64,000 nt of DNA from Acidimicrobiia bacterium (GTDB lineage: Bacteria; Actinomycetota; Acidimicrobiia; Spongiisociales; Spongiisociaceae). The DNA is taken from contig JBFGLM010000001.1 in assembly GCA_041576165.1 (NCBI GenBank), positions 151,176 to 215,175 of the forward strand. The letters are read 5' to 3'. How positions within the stretch are numbered: position 1 is the stretch's first letter; every line of letters begins with the position of its first letter. A model generated the notes under the pieces. That model saw nothing but the letters and a program-made list of their open reading frames with translations. It made no database searches and had not been told where the DNA came from. Below, in pieces: positions 50,242 through 59,701 of the stretch. A program made the translations under genes and the position numbers.

Positions 50242-51693
50242 ATGCCGACACCAGCAGACCAACCGCCCGCTTGGGTCGCCGACGCCGTCTTCTATCAGAT
50301 CTTTCCCGACCGGTTCTCTCGCTCGCATCGCATCCTCCAACCGAAAAACCTGGAGGCCTGGGACACGCCGCCAACCGTGCACGGGTACAAGGGTGGGGAC
50401 CTGCTGGGCATCGTCGACCGGCTGGACTGGCTGGCCGATCTGGGCGTCAACGCCATCTACCTGAACCCGATCTTTCGATCAGCCTCCAACCATCGGTATC
50501 ACACTCATGATTACTACCGGGTCGATCCCCTCCTCGGCGGAAACGTCGCATTCGAGGAGTTCGTCCGCGCCTGTCGCTCGCGCGACATGCGAATCGTGCT
50601 CGACGGCGTGTTCAATCATGCCAGCCGGGGCTTTCTCCAGTTCAACGACATCCTCGAATCTGGATCACTGAGTCCGTGGCGGGATTGGTTCACCATCCAC
50701 TCCTACCCCCTGAACGCATACGACGAGCGCCATCCTCCCAACTACGACGCCTGGTGGGGTCTGCACGCATTGCCCAAGTTCAACACTGCCAACCCACAGG
50801 TGCGCGAATACTTGATGCGGGTCGGAGAACACTGGATCGAGCAAGGGATCGACGGGTGGCGCCTGGACGTGCCGTTGGAGATCCACACCGAAGGCTTCTG
50901 GGAGGAGTTCCGGCGACGCGTCCGCGACCAGAACCCCGACGCCTACATCGTGGGCGAGATCTGGCATGAGGCCGCCGACTGGATCAGCCGGGGTGACCGC
51001 TTCGACGGCGTGATGAACTATCTCCTTACCGGAGCTGTGGTCTCGTTCGCCGGAGTCAAGCGGATCAACTGGCCGGTTGCCGATGGCCTTGACTACAGCG
51101 TCCGCGACATCGACGCTGCCGGCTACGCCGCCGCAGTAGCTCACCTCCTCGAGATGTACCCGGAATCGGCGACGAAGGCCAACCTCAATCTGCTCGGATC
51201 CCACGACACAGCCCGCCTGCTCACGATCCTGGGAGATGACACCGACGGAGTCATCCTGGCGATGCTGATGATCATGACTTTTCCTGGAGCGCCCTGCATC
51301 TACTACGGCGACGAAATCGGGCTGACCGGCGGGCATGATCCGGAATGCCGGGCGGCCTTCCCCTGGGAGCACGAGTCCGAGTGGAACTCCCGTATTCTGG
51401 ATGCGGTCCGTTCGCTCATTGCGCTGCGTCAATCCGAGCCGGCCCTGCGTCACGGGAGCTATGAAACCCTGCACGCGACCAAGGGCAGCCTCTTGCATGT
51501 CTTCACGCGCATCGATGAGCGGCAGCTGCTGGTCGCGGTCAATGCGGGCGACAGAGTGGCCACCCAGCACATCCCGCTCCTCGCTGGAGAACGTTGGACC
51601 CGGTTGTGGGGCGATGGGGCGCTGGCAGCCGCGGCCGACGGCGTGAACATCTCTGTCGCCGCTCGCAGCGGAGCTGTCTGGCGAAAGTCCTGA
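50242..51693 (+). CDS. GH13 neopullulanase/cyclomaltodextrinase-like glycosidase
   Basis: FYQIFPDRF, DGVFNH, DGWRLDV, GEIW, GSHD and IYYGDE motifs. Confidence 0.95.
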   Translation: MPTPADQPPAWVADAVFYQIFPDRFSRSHRILQPKNLEAWDTPPTVHGYKGGDLLGIVDRLDWLADLGVNAIYLNPIFRSASNHRYHTHDYYRVDPLLGGNVAFEEFVRACRSRDMRIVLDGVFNHASRGFLQFNDILESGSLSPWRDWFTIHSYPLNAYDERHPPNYDAWWGLHALPKFNTANPQVREYLMRVGEHWIEQGIDGWRLDVPLEIHTEGFWEEFRRRVRDQNPDAYIVGEIWHEAADWISRGDRFDGVMNYLLTGAVVSFAGVKRINWPVADGLDYSVRDIDAAGYAAAVAHLLEMYPESATKANLNLLGSHDTARLLTILGDDTDGVILAMLMIMTFPGAPCIYYGDEIGLTGGHDPECRAAFPWEHESEWNSRILDAVRSLIALRQSEPALRHGSYETLHATKGSLLHVFTRIDERQLLVAVNAGDRVATQHIPLLAGERWTRLWGDGALAAAADGVNISVAARSGAVWRKS

Positions 51694-51708
51694 CCCGGAC
51701 CCGCTCAG

Positions 51709-51969
51709 CTATTTCACGCCCGATTCCTCGGTTTCCGTTACGTCGTAGAGCCCGGCCGCCGCGGCCTGACCGATCTCGAATATCGTCAATCTGCGGCCCG
51801 CACCGAAGAATCGTGACGCCGCCCGGGCGGTCGGCTTCGCCGGTCGAGGCTCGCGCAGATCGAGGACGACCTCGCTGCAGTACTTGCAGCTAGTGCGAAT
51901 CAAACCCGCCCCTATTTCCGTTGGTGCGCCGAAGGCATGTCTGCCTTCGCGGCATGCGCCCCGCTGCAA
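51709..51969 (-). CDS. Small hypothetical protein with Cx4H..CxxC
   Basis: GGAGG upstream of TTG; CREGRH..CKYC. Confidence 0.6.
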   Translation of the reverse strand: MQRGACREGRHAFGAPTEIGAGLIRTSCKYCSEVVLDLREPRPAKPTARAASRFFGAGRRLTIFEIGQAAAAGLYDVTETEESGVK

Positions 51970-52070
51970 ATCGAACCCCTGACCTCCAAGTCGGCAAGTG
52001 TAGGACCACGGAGAGTGAGCTCGACAGGGGGAATCTGGTGCACCCGATTGTACTAGTCAGCCCGATTGCG

Positions 52071-54227
52071 TTAGGTGGGTGGCTCCAGCACCGCCTCAGC
52101 CAAGAGCAGCGAGATCTCTTTGACCTGCATCTGCTCGTCGCGGCCGATTTCCTTCACACCATCGTCAAGCATCACGAAGCAGAACGGACAGGCGACCGCG
52201 ACGGCGTCGGCCCCGGTTCCGGCTGCCTCTTGCGCCCGCTCGATGTTTACCTTCTTCCCGGTGTGCTCCTCCATCCAGAATTGGGCACCGCCGGCCCCAC
52301 AGCAGAGACCTTTGTTGCCCGAGCGGGACATCTCGACCACCTCGACCCCACCGATCGAGGCAATGACCGCCCGCGGAGCCATGTACACGTTGTTGTGCCG
52401 CCCCAGATAACAAGAGTCGTGATATGTGACCGTCTTCGCCTCCCCCGCCCGAGGAGTCAGGTGGCCGTGTTTGACCAGGTCGGTGAGCAGTTGACTGTGG
52501 TGGATGACGTCATAGTCCCCGCCGAACTGTGGATATTCGTTTCTCAAGGTGTTGAAGCAGTGAGGGCACTGGGTTATCACCTTCTCCACCCCGAGGTCGT
52601 TGAGCGTTTCGATGTTCTGCAGCGCGAGCTGCTGGAAGACATATTCGTTTCCCGACCGGCGCGCCGGATCACCAGTGCACAGCTCCTGCGGACCCAGGAT
52701 TGCGAAGTCCACGCCGGCTTCGTGCAGCAGGCGCGCCGTGGCGACAGTGACCTTTTGGTTGCGCTCATCGAACGAACCGGCACAACCGACCCAATACAGG
52801 TACTCGGCGTGTTCTACGCCGTCCTGGCCGAGGACCTTCACCTCGAAATCGACCTGAGAGATCCAGTCGCCCCGCTGGGACTGGGCCATCCCGTACGGGT
52901 TCGAGGAGTTCTCCATCGAGACGTACGCCTTGCCCAACTGCGAGGGGAAGTTGGCCTCCATCAGCGACAAGTACCGGCGCATGTCCAGGATCTTGTCGAG
53001 GATTTCGATGTTCACCGGACAGATCTCATCGCAGGCCCGACACGATGTGCACGCCCACAACTCCTCGGGGGCGATCCGTTGAAAGACGCTGTCCGCATCG
53101 ATCGTGATGGCTGGATCGACCGCAACCGGCGTGGACACGACCGGGTCTCCGCTCGCCGCCATGACCTCGCCGACTTTCAAGACGATCTCGCGCGGGTCGA
53201 GCGGCTTTCCAGTGAGGTTGGCGGGACACACGGAGGTACAGCGCCCACAGACGGTGCAGGCGTCGGTGTCCAACAACTGTTTCCACGTGAACTCGCCGAT
53301 CAAGTTGGCGCCGATCGACTCGATATCGGCCGCCTCCATCAGGTTCGGCATCTCCCGCATCGCCCCGGCCGGACGCTCACGGGGCGACAAGAACATGTTG
53401 ACCGGCGAGGTCACCATATGCCGGAGCTTGGTCGTGGGCAGCACAACGAGGAACGCCAGAAAGCTGAGTGCGTGGAGGATCCACAGCACCTGGTGAGTGC
53501 CGCCGGCGACCGAGGTCGGCACGAGGAATGACAGCGGGTAACCGACGAAGGAGGCCACCTCGAAATCAGGCCGCCCGTCGACCGTGATCCTGGCCGCCTC
53601 GGTGGCCAGCCCGGTCAGACCGATCAGGGTGAGGGTGGTCAGAATCCAGAAGTCCTCGGGCTTGGTCTTCGATCGGATGCGCCAGGGTCGCTGTGCGTAG
53701 CGGCGGACGAAGGCCCAGGCCAGACCACCCAGGTACACCACCGCGGCTGCATCCAAGATCGCCGAGTAGGCCTGATACACGCCGCCGACCAGGAACTTGT
53801 TGGCCGCCGGAAGCAGATGGTCTATCTCGAGCGTCACGGTTCCCAGGAACAGCACGAAGAAGCCGTAATAGACCATCGCGTGCATCAAACCGGCCGTCCG
53901 GTCTCGCATGAGCGTGCGCATGGTCAAACCGCGCCGCAGTTCATGCATGCGTTCGCCCCAGCTCCCGACCCGGCGTTCGTCAGCGCCTCGCTGCCAGTTC
54001 GCGGCCCTCAAAGCAAACAGGTAGAACGTGAGGAAGAGGAAGGTCGACACCGACACGTAGAAGACGGCCTGTAACGCGCCCGGGATATTGCCGAACACGG
54101 TGCGATGCACGCCGGCCTCCGGCTCGCCGGGGAACGTGCCGAGCCACCACAGCCCCAAGGTGCCGAACGCCGACAGCACCCCGAGCACGATCAGTACCCG
54201 GGTGGCGGTGACCTTGCGTACCTCCAT
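52071..54227 (-). CDS. Membrane-bound Fe-S oxidoreductase (FadF/HdrD-like, CCG domains)
   Basis: N-terminal TMs, CTVCGRCTSVCP, CTSCRACDEICP, YHDSC and CCGAGG motifs. Confidence 0.92.
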   Translation of the reverse strand: MEVRKVTATRVLIVLGVLSAFGTLGLWWLGTFPGEPEAGVHRTVFGNIPGALQAVFYVSVSTFLFLTFYLFALRAANWQRGADERRVGSWGERMHELRRGLTMRTLMRDRTAGLMHAMVYYGFFVLFLGTVTLEIDHLLPAANKFLVGGVYQAYSAILDAAAVVYLGGLAWAFVRRYAQRPWRIRSKTKPEDFWILTTLTLIGLTGLATEAARITVDGRPDFEVASFVGYPLSFLVPTSVAGGTHQVLWILHALSFLAFLVVLPTTKLRHMVTSPVNMFLSPRERPAGAMREMPNLMEAADIESIGANLIGEFTWKQLLDTDACTVCGRCTSVCPANLTGKPLDPREIVLKVGEVMAASGDPVVSTPVAVDPAITIDADSVFQRIAPEELWACTSCRACDEICPVNIEILDKILDMRRYLSLMEANFPSQLGKAYVSMENSSNPYGMAQSQRGDWISQVDFEVKVLGQDGVEHAEYLYWVGCAGSFDERNQKVTVATARLLHEAGVDFAILGPQELCTGDPARRSGNEYVFQQLALQNIETLNDLGVEKVITQCPHCFNTLRNEYPQFGGDYDVIHHSQLLTDLVKHGHLTPRAGEAKTVTYHDSCYLGRHNNVYMAPRAVIASIGGVEVVEMSRSGNKGLCCGAGGAQFWMEEHTGKKVNIERAQEAAGTGADAVAVACPFCFVMLDDGVKEIGRDEQMQVKEISLLLAEAVLEPPT

Positions 54228-54324
54228 GTGGCTCTCCCTCCAGTCGGCCGAGAGTGTAGAACGTGGTGTGCTGGCGCCACCGGCCATCGCCGCCAAGCGC
54301 TGCAGCATTCACCACGACAGGGGC

Positions 54325-54361
54325 CCAACAAAGGAGCGGACCCCCGTGAGGTCCGCTCCTT
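54325..54361 (-). terminator. Terminator downstream of pspA
   Basis: 12-bp stem aaggagcggacc/ggtccgctcctt with a T-rich tail on the minus strand. Confidence 0.8.
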
Positions 54362-54412
54362 CTCGCCACGGTGCCAGCGCTTTAGAGGCCCCGTGAGAAT
54401 GTGCCGGCCGCG

Positions 54413-55126
54413 TCAGGCAAGACCGAGTTCGGCTTTGAGCTCCTCCAGCTTGGAGTCGGCGGACGCCATGTTGATCGCTTCCCGGAGCTCGGCCTCGGCA
54501 CCCTCCGGTGTCGTCTCCCGCAGCTCGGCGTTGGCTTCGGCCTTGGCGAGGCGCTGCTCGATCTTCTCCTCGACCCGATTTAGCGATGGGGCGTCCACGT
54601 CGAGGGTCGCCGACATCGACTCGACCGCTGTGTTGACGGCCTCTTGCATCTTTGCCTGCTCCAGGCGCCCAAGCAGCTCCATCCGCTTGGCAGTGAGTTC
54701 CTGCAACCGCATAGCGTTCTGCTCCACTGCGCTCTTGGCATCGTCCGATTGTGTGACCGCGATCTCGTATTGGCTCTTGAGCCCATTCAGGTTGTTCTCA
54801 GCGGCCTGGAGTTTGAGCGCAAGGCTCTGCGCGGCGCGGGTCCATTTGTCGACAGCTTCGGCATCGCCCGCGTTTTTGGCATCCTCGGCTTTGAGCAGTG
54901 CCTTCTTGGCCATCTCGCGAGCTTCGCCGACCTCGTCCGCGGTGCGTTCGAGTTTGCGTTCGAGCTGCGCGCGGTGGGCGATGACCTTGGCGGCCTGGTT
55001 ACGGAGCGCCTGGTCCTGGCGGCGAGCCTCCTGAATGGCCTGCTCGATTTCGATCTCGGGGTTCATCGCCCTCTCGGCGGTGGATCGGAACAACGCCTTG
55101 ATGTAGCCCCAGATTCTTCTGAACAT
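54413..55126 (-). CDS. pspA: PspA/IM30 (Vipp1) family protein
   Basis: Amphipathic N-terminus MFRRIWGYIKALF, NPEIEIEQAI, long coiled coil, LEELKAELG. Confidence 0.92.
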   Translation of the reverse strand: MFRRIWGYIKALFRSTAERAMNPEIEIEQAIQEARRQDQALRNQAAKVIAHRAQLERKLERTADEVGEAREMAKKALLKAEDAKNAGDAEAVDKWTRAAQSLALKLQAAENNLNGLKSQYEIAVTQSDDAKSAVEQNAMRLQELTAKRMELLGRLEQAKMQEAVNTAVESMSATLDVDAPSLNRVEEKIEQRLAKAEANAELRETTPEGAEAELREAINMASADSKLEELKAELGLA

Positions 55127-55198
55127 TTCTGCGGGTCCCTTCGTTCGGACGTAGCCGTATCTTATATGGCCGGTGCGGCCGACGGCCCGGGCGGCGTT

Positions 55199-56464
55199 TC
55201 AGCGCCGTCGCCGACCCCGTCCCTTGGGACGGGACGGGCGGGAGCCTGATCGAGCTGAACCCCGAGGGCTGCGCCGGCGCGGGGCACCTCCCGAGGTTCT
55301 CCGACCGGTCGTGGGGAATTGGGGGACTTGTACACGGGAGCCGGAGCGGCCCACCCGGATCCGGGGAGCCCGGGGCCGGGAACGACTCGCCCGTTGCATC
55401 TCGCGCATGATCACCGCTATGGCGCCCAACCCGCCCAACGATCCCAGCCCGCCTCCCCCCCGGCCGGACGGTACCGGCCGTTGACGTTCGCGCCGCATGT
55501 CCAGCTCGGGCGGAAGATCGGCCCGGCGGCCCGGCGGTGTTGGTGCTTCGGGAAACGGCTCAGGCACCGGCTCGGGGGGCACGTCGCGGCCTTCGATGAT
55601 CGCTTCGGCCGATGCCAGCTGCCACAGTATGCGGTCGACCTGATTGCCGAGCTCGTGGATTTCCTCGGGCGTGGTCGCCGAGTCGAGCGCTTCCTGGAAG
55701 TCGGCGTATCCCTGAGCCCCGGCGGCGTACAGCTCCGACGCCCGGTCGTTGTCAGCGACCCGGACCCGGTCCTCCAGCTCGAGAATCTCGTTGGCCGCGG
55801 TGCCCAGCTCTTTGCGTACCTCGTCCTTCAGCGCTTCGAGTCGGGCTGAATCGAGCTCGGCACGGCGCTGCTTGGACCGGCGCGATCTCCAAACAAAGAA
55901 GACGACGGCGGCGGCAACGATCACGATCAGCCACAGGAGTGCCCCGCCGCCACCGCCCGACGACGCTGGCGGGCTCGGCTGGGAAACGACCGTGGGCGTG
56001 GTCAACGCTCCACCGGCGCTGGTCGTCGCAACGGCGGGGACACCGGCCAGCTCTCCGGCAAAGGCCCGAAAACCGTCGGCGTAACTGCGATCGAACAACC
56101 CGATGGCCGCATCCGCCGCCGCGTCGAGGGCTGCATCGTCGTGGTCGTCAGACACGAAACCGAGCTCCCCCGTTGACACGACGATCACGGTTCGGGCCGA
56201 AGAGGCCCGGCGCACCTCTTCGGCGAACAGGTCTGCCCCACCGGGGGGATCCTGGTCCAGAGCCACGAATCCAAAGCCCTGTCCGGCGAATTCGTCAACC
56301 AGCTGCTCCATCATGCCGAAGTCGACCGGGGCGCCATCTTCGACGTAGTAGCCCCGGAAATCCACGCTCTCTGCCGCCTCTGCGGGCTCAGCGGCGGCCA
56401 GCGCCGGAGAAGCACCCGCCAGCATGATGACGCCGCACAGAATCAGCTGTGTCAGGTATCGCAT
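55199..56464 (-). CDS. Exported/membrane protein, TPM-like domain, TM and coiled coil, Gly/Arg-rich tail
   Basis: Signal peptide, single TM, helical region; upstream of pspA. Confidence 0.7.
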   Translation of the reverse strand: MRYLTQLILCGVIMLAGASPALAAAEPAEAAESVDFRGYYVEDGAPVDFGMMEQLVDEFAGQGFGFVALDQDPPGGADLFAEEVRRASSARTVIVVSTGELGFVSDDHDDAALDAAADAAIGLFDRSYADGFRAFAGELAGVPAVATTSAGGALTTPTVVSQPSPPASSGGGGGALLWLIVIVAAAVVFFVWRSRRSKQRRAELDSARLEALKDEVRKELGTAANEILELEDRVRVADNDRASELYAAGAQGYADFQEALDSATTPEEIHELGNQVDRILWQLASAEAIIEGRDVPPEPVPEPFPEAPTPPGRRADLPPELDMRRERQRPVPSGRGGGGLGSLGGLGAIAVIMREMQRASRSRPRAPRIRVGRSGSRVQVPQFPTTGRRTSGGAPRRRSPRGSARSGSRPSRPKGRGRRRR

Positions 56465-56530
56465 GCCCGAGAGGTTAGAGCGAGCCGGCGCCCCGGGCTC
56501 AGCCGGCAAGCGGAGCGGCCCTGCTACGGC

Positions 56531-57349
56531 TCAGTCGGCCGCAGCAGCCTCGCCCAGCTCGCGGGAGCGGTCGGCGGCAGCGTTGACTGCATCGGCGACG
56601 AGTTCACGGAACCCGCCTTGCTCAAACACCGCCAGGGCGGCGGCGGTCGTTCCGCCCGGCGACGTCACCTGCTCGCGCAGTTGAGCCGGGGAACGATCAC
56701 TCTGCGCCAGCAGAGCCCCAGCTCCCTTGAGAAGTTGACGGACCAAACCATCCGCAGTCTCGACACCAAGTCCAAGATCTCGGGCGGCAGCCAACAGCGC
56801 TTCGGCCAGTAGGAATACATACGCCGGACCGGAGCCGGATATCGCAGTCACGGCGTCGATCGCCGCCTCCTCCACCTGCTCCACGCGGCCGACCGCCTCC
56901 AACACCGATCGCGCTGCCGCGACGTGGTGGGGCGAGGCGTGGCCCCCGGGCGCCAAAGCCGTCACACCCTCACGGATGAGCGCCGGAGTGTTCGGCATCG
57001 TGCGAATGATCGGAACCTCACCGAGGGCGGCCTCATACACCGACAGCGGGACGCCGGCGACGAGCGCAACCACCACCTGGGAGGGGGCAACCCTACCCGC
57101 CAGCGCCGCCAGTGCCTCGTGGATGCCCTGGGGCTTCACGGCGACAACAATCACATCCTGGTCGGAGATCGCGTCCGCCACATCGGTCGCACCCGCACAC
57201 CCGATCTCGCCCATCAGTTCGGCCAGCCGGTCGGGGCGCTGCTCCACGAGCGTGATGTCGGCCGCCGTCCAACCGGCATCCAGCAGCCCGCGTACCAGCG
57301 CCCCGCCCATCGCACCGACGCCGATCACCGCTACGGTTGGTCGTCGCAC
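56531..57349 (-). CDS. proC: Pyrroline-5-carboxylate reductase
   Basis: IGVGAMG, AVKPQ, RTMPNTP, SGSGPAY and VTSPGGTT motifs. Confidence 0.96.
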   Translation of the reverse strand: MRRPTVAVIGVGAMGGALVRGLLDAGWTAADITLVEQRPDRLAELMGEIGCAGATDVADAISDQDVIVVAVKPQGIHEALAALAGRVAPSQVVVALVAGVPLSVYEAALGEVPIIRTMPNTPALIREGVTALAPGGHASPHHVAAARSVLEAVGRVEQVEEAAIDAVTAISGSGPAYVFLLAEALLAAARDLGLGVETADGLVRQLLKGAGALLAQSDRSPAQLREQVTSPGGTTAAALAVFEQGGFRELVADAVNAAADRSRELGEAAAAD

Positions 57350-57410
57350 AAATGTCAGTATATGGACCAACCCGGGAACCCTCCCGGGCGGCGCAGGGTT
57401 GTTCGCCAGA

Positions 57411-58436
57411 ATGAACCGAATGTTGCTCGCCGGGCTGCTCATTCTCGTCCTCGGCGCGACCGCGCTCTCGTTAGGTCGCAACAGCCGCCCCGATGAAACA
57501 GCGGAACCCGTGCCCAATGTGGCGGTGACGACAGGAGCGGTCCTGTACGACCCCGTCAAGGCCCGTGAACCGCTACCGGACGGGTTTCGCCAACTCATCC
57601 CGCGCGACGGTATTCCGCCTGTCTACGAACCCGCATATGTCCTCGCGGCGGCCGCTCCATGGCCGGACGAGACACTGGTTGTGGGCGTGGCACTCGGGGA
57701 CGAGGCTCGGGCGTATCCGGTCAGCTACCTGAACCGTCGCGAGATGGTCATCGATTCGCTGGCCGGAATCCCGGTCCTGGTCACTTGGTGACCGCTGTGC
57801 GCCACGGCGATGGTCCATCGCCGCGAGATCGACGGAGAAGCGGTCGTCTTCGGTAACCAGGGTGCGTTGTGGGGCAACGCGATGACCTGGTTCGACCACG
57901 CGACCGGCTCGGTGTGGAGCCAGCCGCTGGGGGAGGCCATCGCCGGGCCGCTCAAGGGCACCCGGCTCGAAACCCTCCCGGTCACCCTCACCGAGTGGGC
58001 CAGCTGGCGGGAGTCACACCCGGACACGCTGGCGCTCGACGTCGCCGCCCGGCGGCCCAGCGGCTTCCAGCTGGCCGACATGTCGATTGTCGTGGAGTTG
58101 GTCGACGATGTGGCTGCCTTCCCGGTGGAGGATCTATGGAGGGTCGGCGTGGCCAACGAAGAAGTCGGGGGCGTGCCGCTCGCCGTGGCCGTCGACCCAG
58201 CAGACGATCAGCGCTGGGCCGTCTATTCCCGCACCCTGGACGATGTAGTCGTCACGCTCGAGGTCGAAGGGGATAGCTTCGTTGACGTCGGGACGGGCAG
58301 CCATTTCGACCCACGGGTCGGCCGGGCCATTGATGGACCGCTCGAGGGACAGATTCTCGACGTCCTGCCCGGGTTTACTTCGTTTCTCGACGACTACTTC
58401 ACCTTCTGGCCGGACGGTCGCGTCTGGCAGCCCTGA
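57411..58436 (+). CDS. Exported DUF3179 selenoprotein (TGA 57789-57791 = Sec in a UxxC motif)
   Basis: ORFs ending 57791 and starting 57810 are one frame: PRDGIP, RAYP, EMVID, VTW-TGA-PLCAT, G.LW, D..TGS.WSQ..G.A..GPL.G, W..W...HPDT; start 57411 or 57420. Confidence 0.92.
57805..57823 (+). promoter_or_regulatory. Candidate bacterial SECIS of the DUF3179 gene
   Basis: Perfect CGGCGAUG-GUC-CAUCGCCG hairpin at +14..+32 after UGA. Confidence 0.75.
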
Positions 58437-58952
58437 TCACAGCGGAGCAGAACGCAGGCTCGGTAGTGCCTGCAGCGCCAGCCGGAGCCACGGGGCGAAG
58501 CCGGCCTCCCCGGCCTGAATGCGAGCCCACAGCTCCGCGGGTTCGATGCGCCGCCAGTCGTCGGCCTCAGCCGGGTCCAGTCGAGGCTCCGCGTCGGACA
58601 CACCAACGAGAGCGTGATCGAACTCGTGCTCGATCAGCCCGCTGGCCGGGTCCAGCGCCCGGTAGGAAAACGTTCCGACCTCCCGCAATGCCACACACAA
58701 GCCCATCTCCTCGTGCAGACGGCGGTGCCCGGCTGCAACCACTCCTTCACCGGGCGCGGGATGTGAGCACATCGTGTTCCCCCACAACCCGGCGAAGTGA
58801 TACTTGCCTGCTGCCCGCTGCTGGAGCAGCAGGCGCCCCCGACGGTCGTAGACGAACGCAGAAATCGCACGATGGAGCAAACCCGGCGCCCGATGGGCTG
58901 CGAGCTTCTCCTCGATGCCTATCTGCCGGCCGGTGTCGTCGACCAATACCAC
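58437..58952 (-). CDS. idi: Isopentenyl-diphosphate delta-isomerase type 1
   Basis: LHRAIS, LLQQRA..KY, W.NT.CSHP, RRL.EEMG and EHEFDH motifs. Confidence 0.94.
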   Translation of the reverse strand: MVLVDDTGRQIGIEEKLAAHRAPGLLHRAISAFVYDRRGRLLLQQRAAGKYHFAGLWGNTMCSHPAPGEGVVAAGHRRLHEEMGLCVALREVGTFSYRALDPASGLIEHEFDHALVGVSDAEPRLDPAEADDWRRIEPAELWARIQAGEAGFAPWLRLALQALPSLRSAPL

Positions 58953-58954
58953 CG

Positions 58955-59635
58955 TTACGCGCGACGTACGACCTCCCGGATCATTGAGATCACCGTGCCG
59001 ACTGCTCCCAGGTTGTATCCCTCGGGAATGATGATGTCGGCGTAGCGCTTGGACGGCTCCACAAACTGGAGGTGCATCGGCCGCACCGTGGTCTCGTACT
59101 GGCGGAGGACCGATTCCAGCGTGCGGCCACGCTCCTGCACGTCTCTCTCCAGGCGGCGCATCAAACGGAGGTCGGCGTCCGTGTCAACGTATATCTTCAG
59201 ATCCATGAGCTCGGTCAGTGCCGCCTCGACCAGGATCAGAATCCCCTCCAGGAGCACAACCGGCCTGGGCAGAACCGTCACCGTTTGGTGGGACCGCAGG
59301 TGCTCGGAGAAGTCATACACGGGAATCTCGATCGGATTGCCCGCCAGTAGCTCCTTGACCTGGCGCGCCATCAGTTCGGTCTCAAGCGATTCCGGGTGGT
59401 CGTAGTTGACCTTGGTACGTTGTTCGAACGTGAGCTCCGGGCGGTGCCGGTAGTAGGCGTCGTGAGGGATGTACGCGACGCGGTCGGGCCCGATCTGTTC
59501 GACCACCGACTCGGCAATCGTCGTCTTGCCTGATCCCGAACCGCCCGCCATTCCCAGGACGAATGGCCGGTCGCCCTCGCCTCGCGGCCAACCAGCGCGG
59601 ATCGCTTCCAGCTGGGCTTCGAGGTCGAGGGTCAT
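58955..59635 (-). CDS. udk: Uridine kinase
   Basis: GGSGSGKTT, NYDHP, LEGIL, RRLERD and FVEPSKRYAD motifs. Confidence 0.96.
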   Translation of the reverse strand: MTLDLEAQLEAIRAGWPRGEGDRPFVLGMAGGSGSGKTTIAESVVEQIGPDRVAYIPHDAYYRHRPELTFEQRTKVNYDHPESLETELMARQVKELLAGNPIEIPVYDFSEHLRSHQTVTVLPRPVVLLEGILILVEAALTELMDLKIYVDTDADLRLMRRLERDVQERGRTLESVLRQYETTVRPMHLQFVEPSKRYADIIIPEGYNLGAVGTVISMIREVVRRA

Positions 59636-59701
59636 CGCCGCCAAGGTACCAGCAGCGGCTGCCACGACGCCCGAGCCGGGCCAGTAGTTCGCACCGCCGG
59701 T

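Noticed and set aside
51921-53531. Long antisense ORFs (for example 536 aa here, 41422-43074) and long N-terminal extensions of greA, coxL, GH13 and TauE
   Set aside because: Shadow ORFs typical of high-GC DNA that overlap well-supported genes
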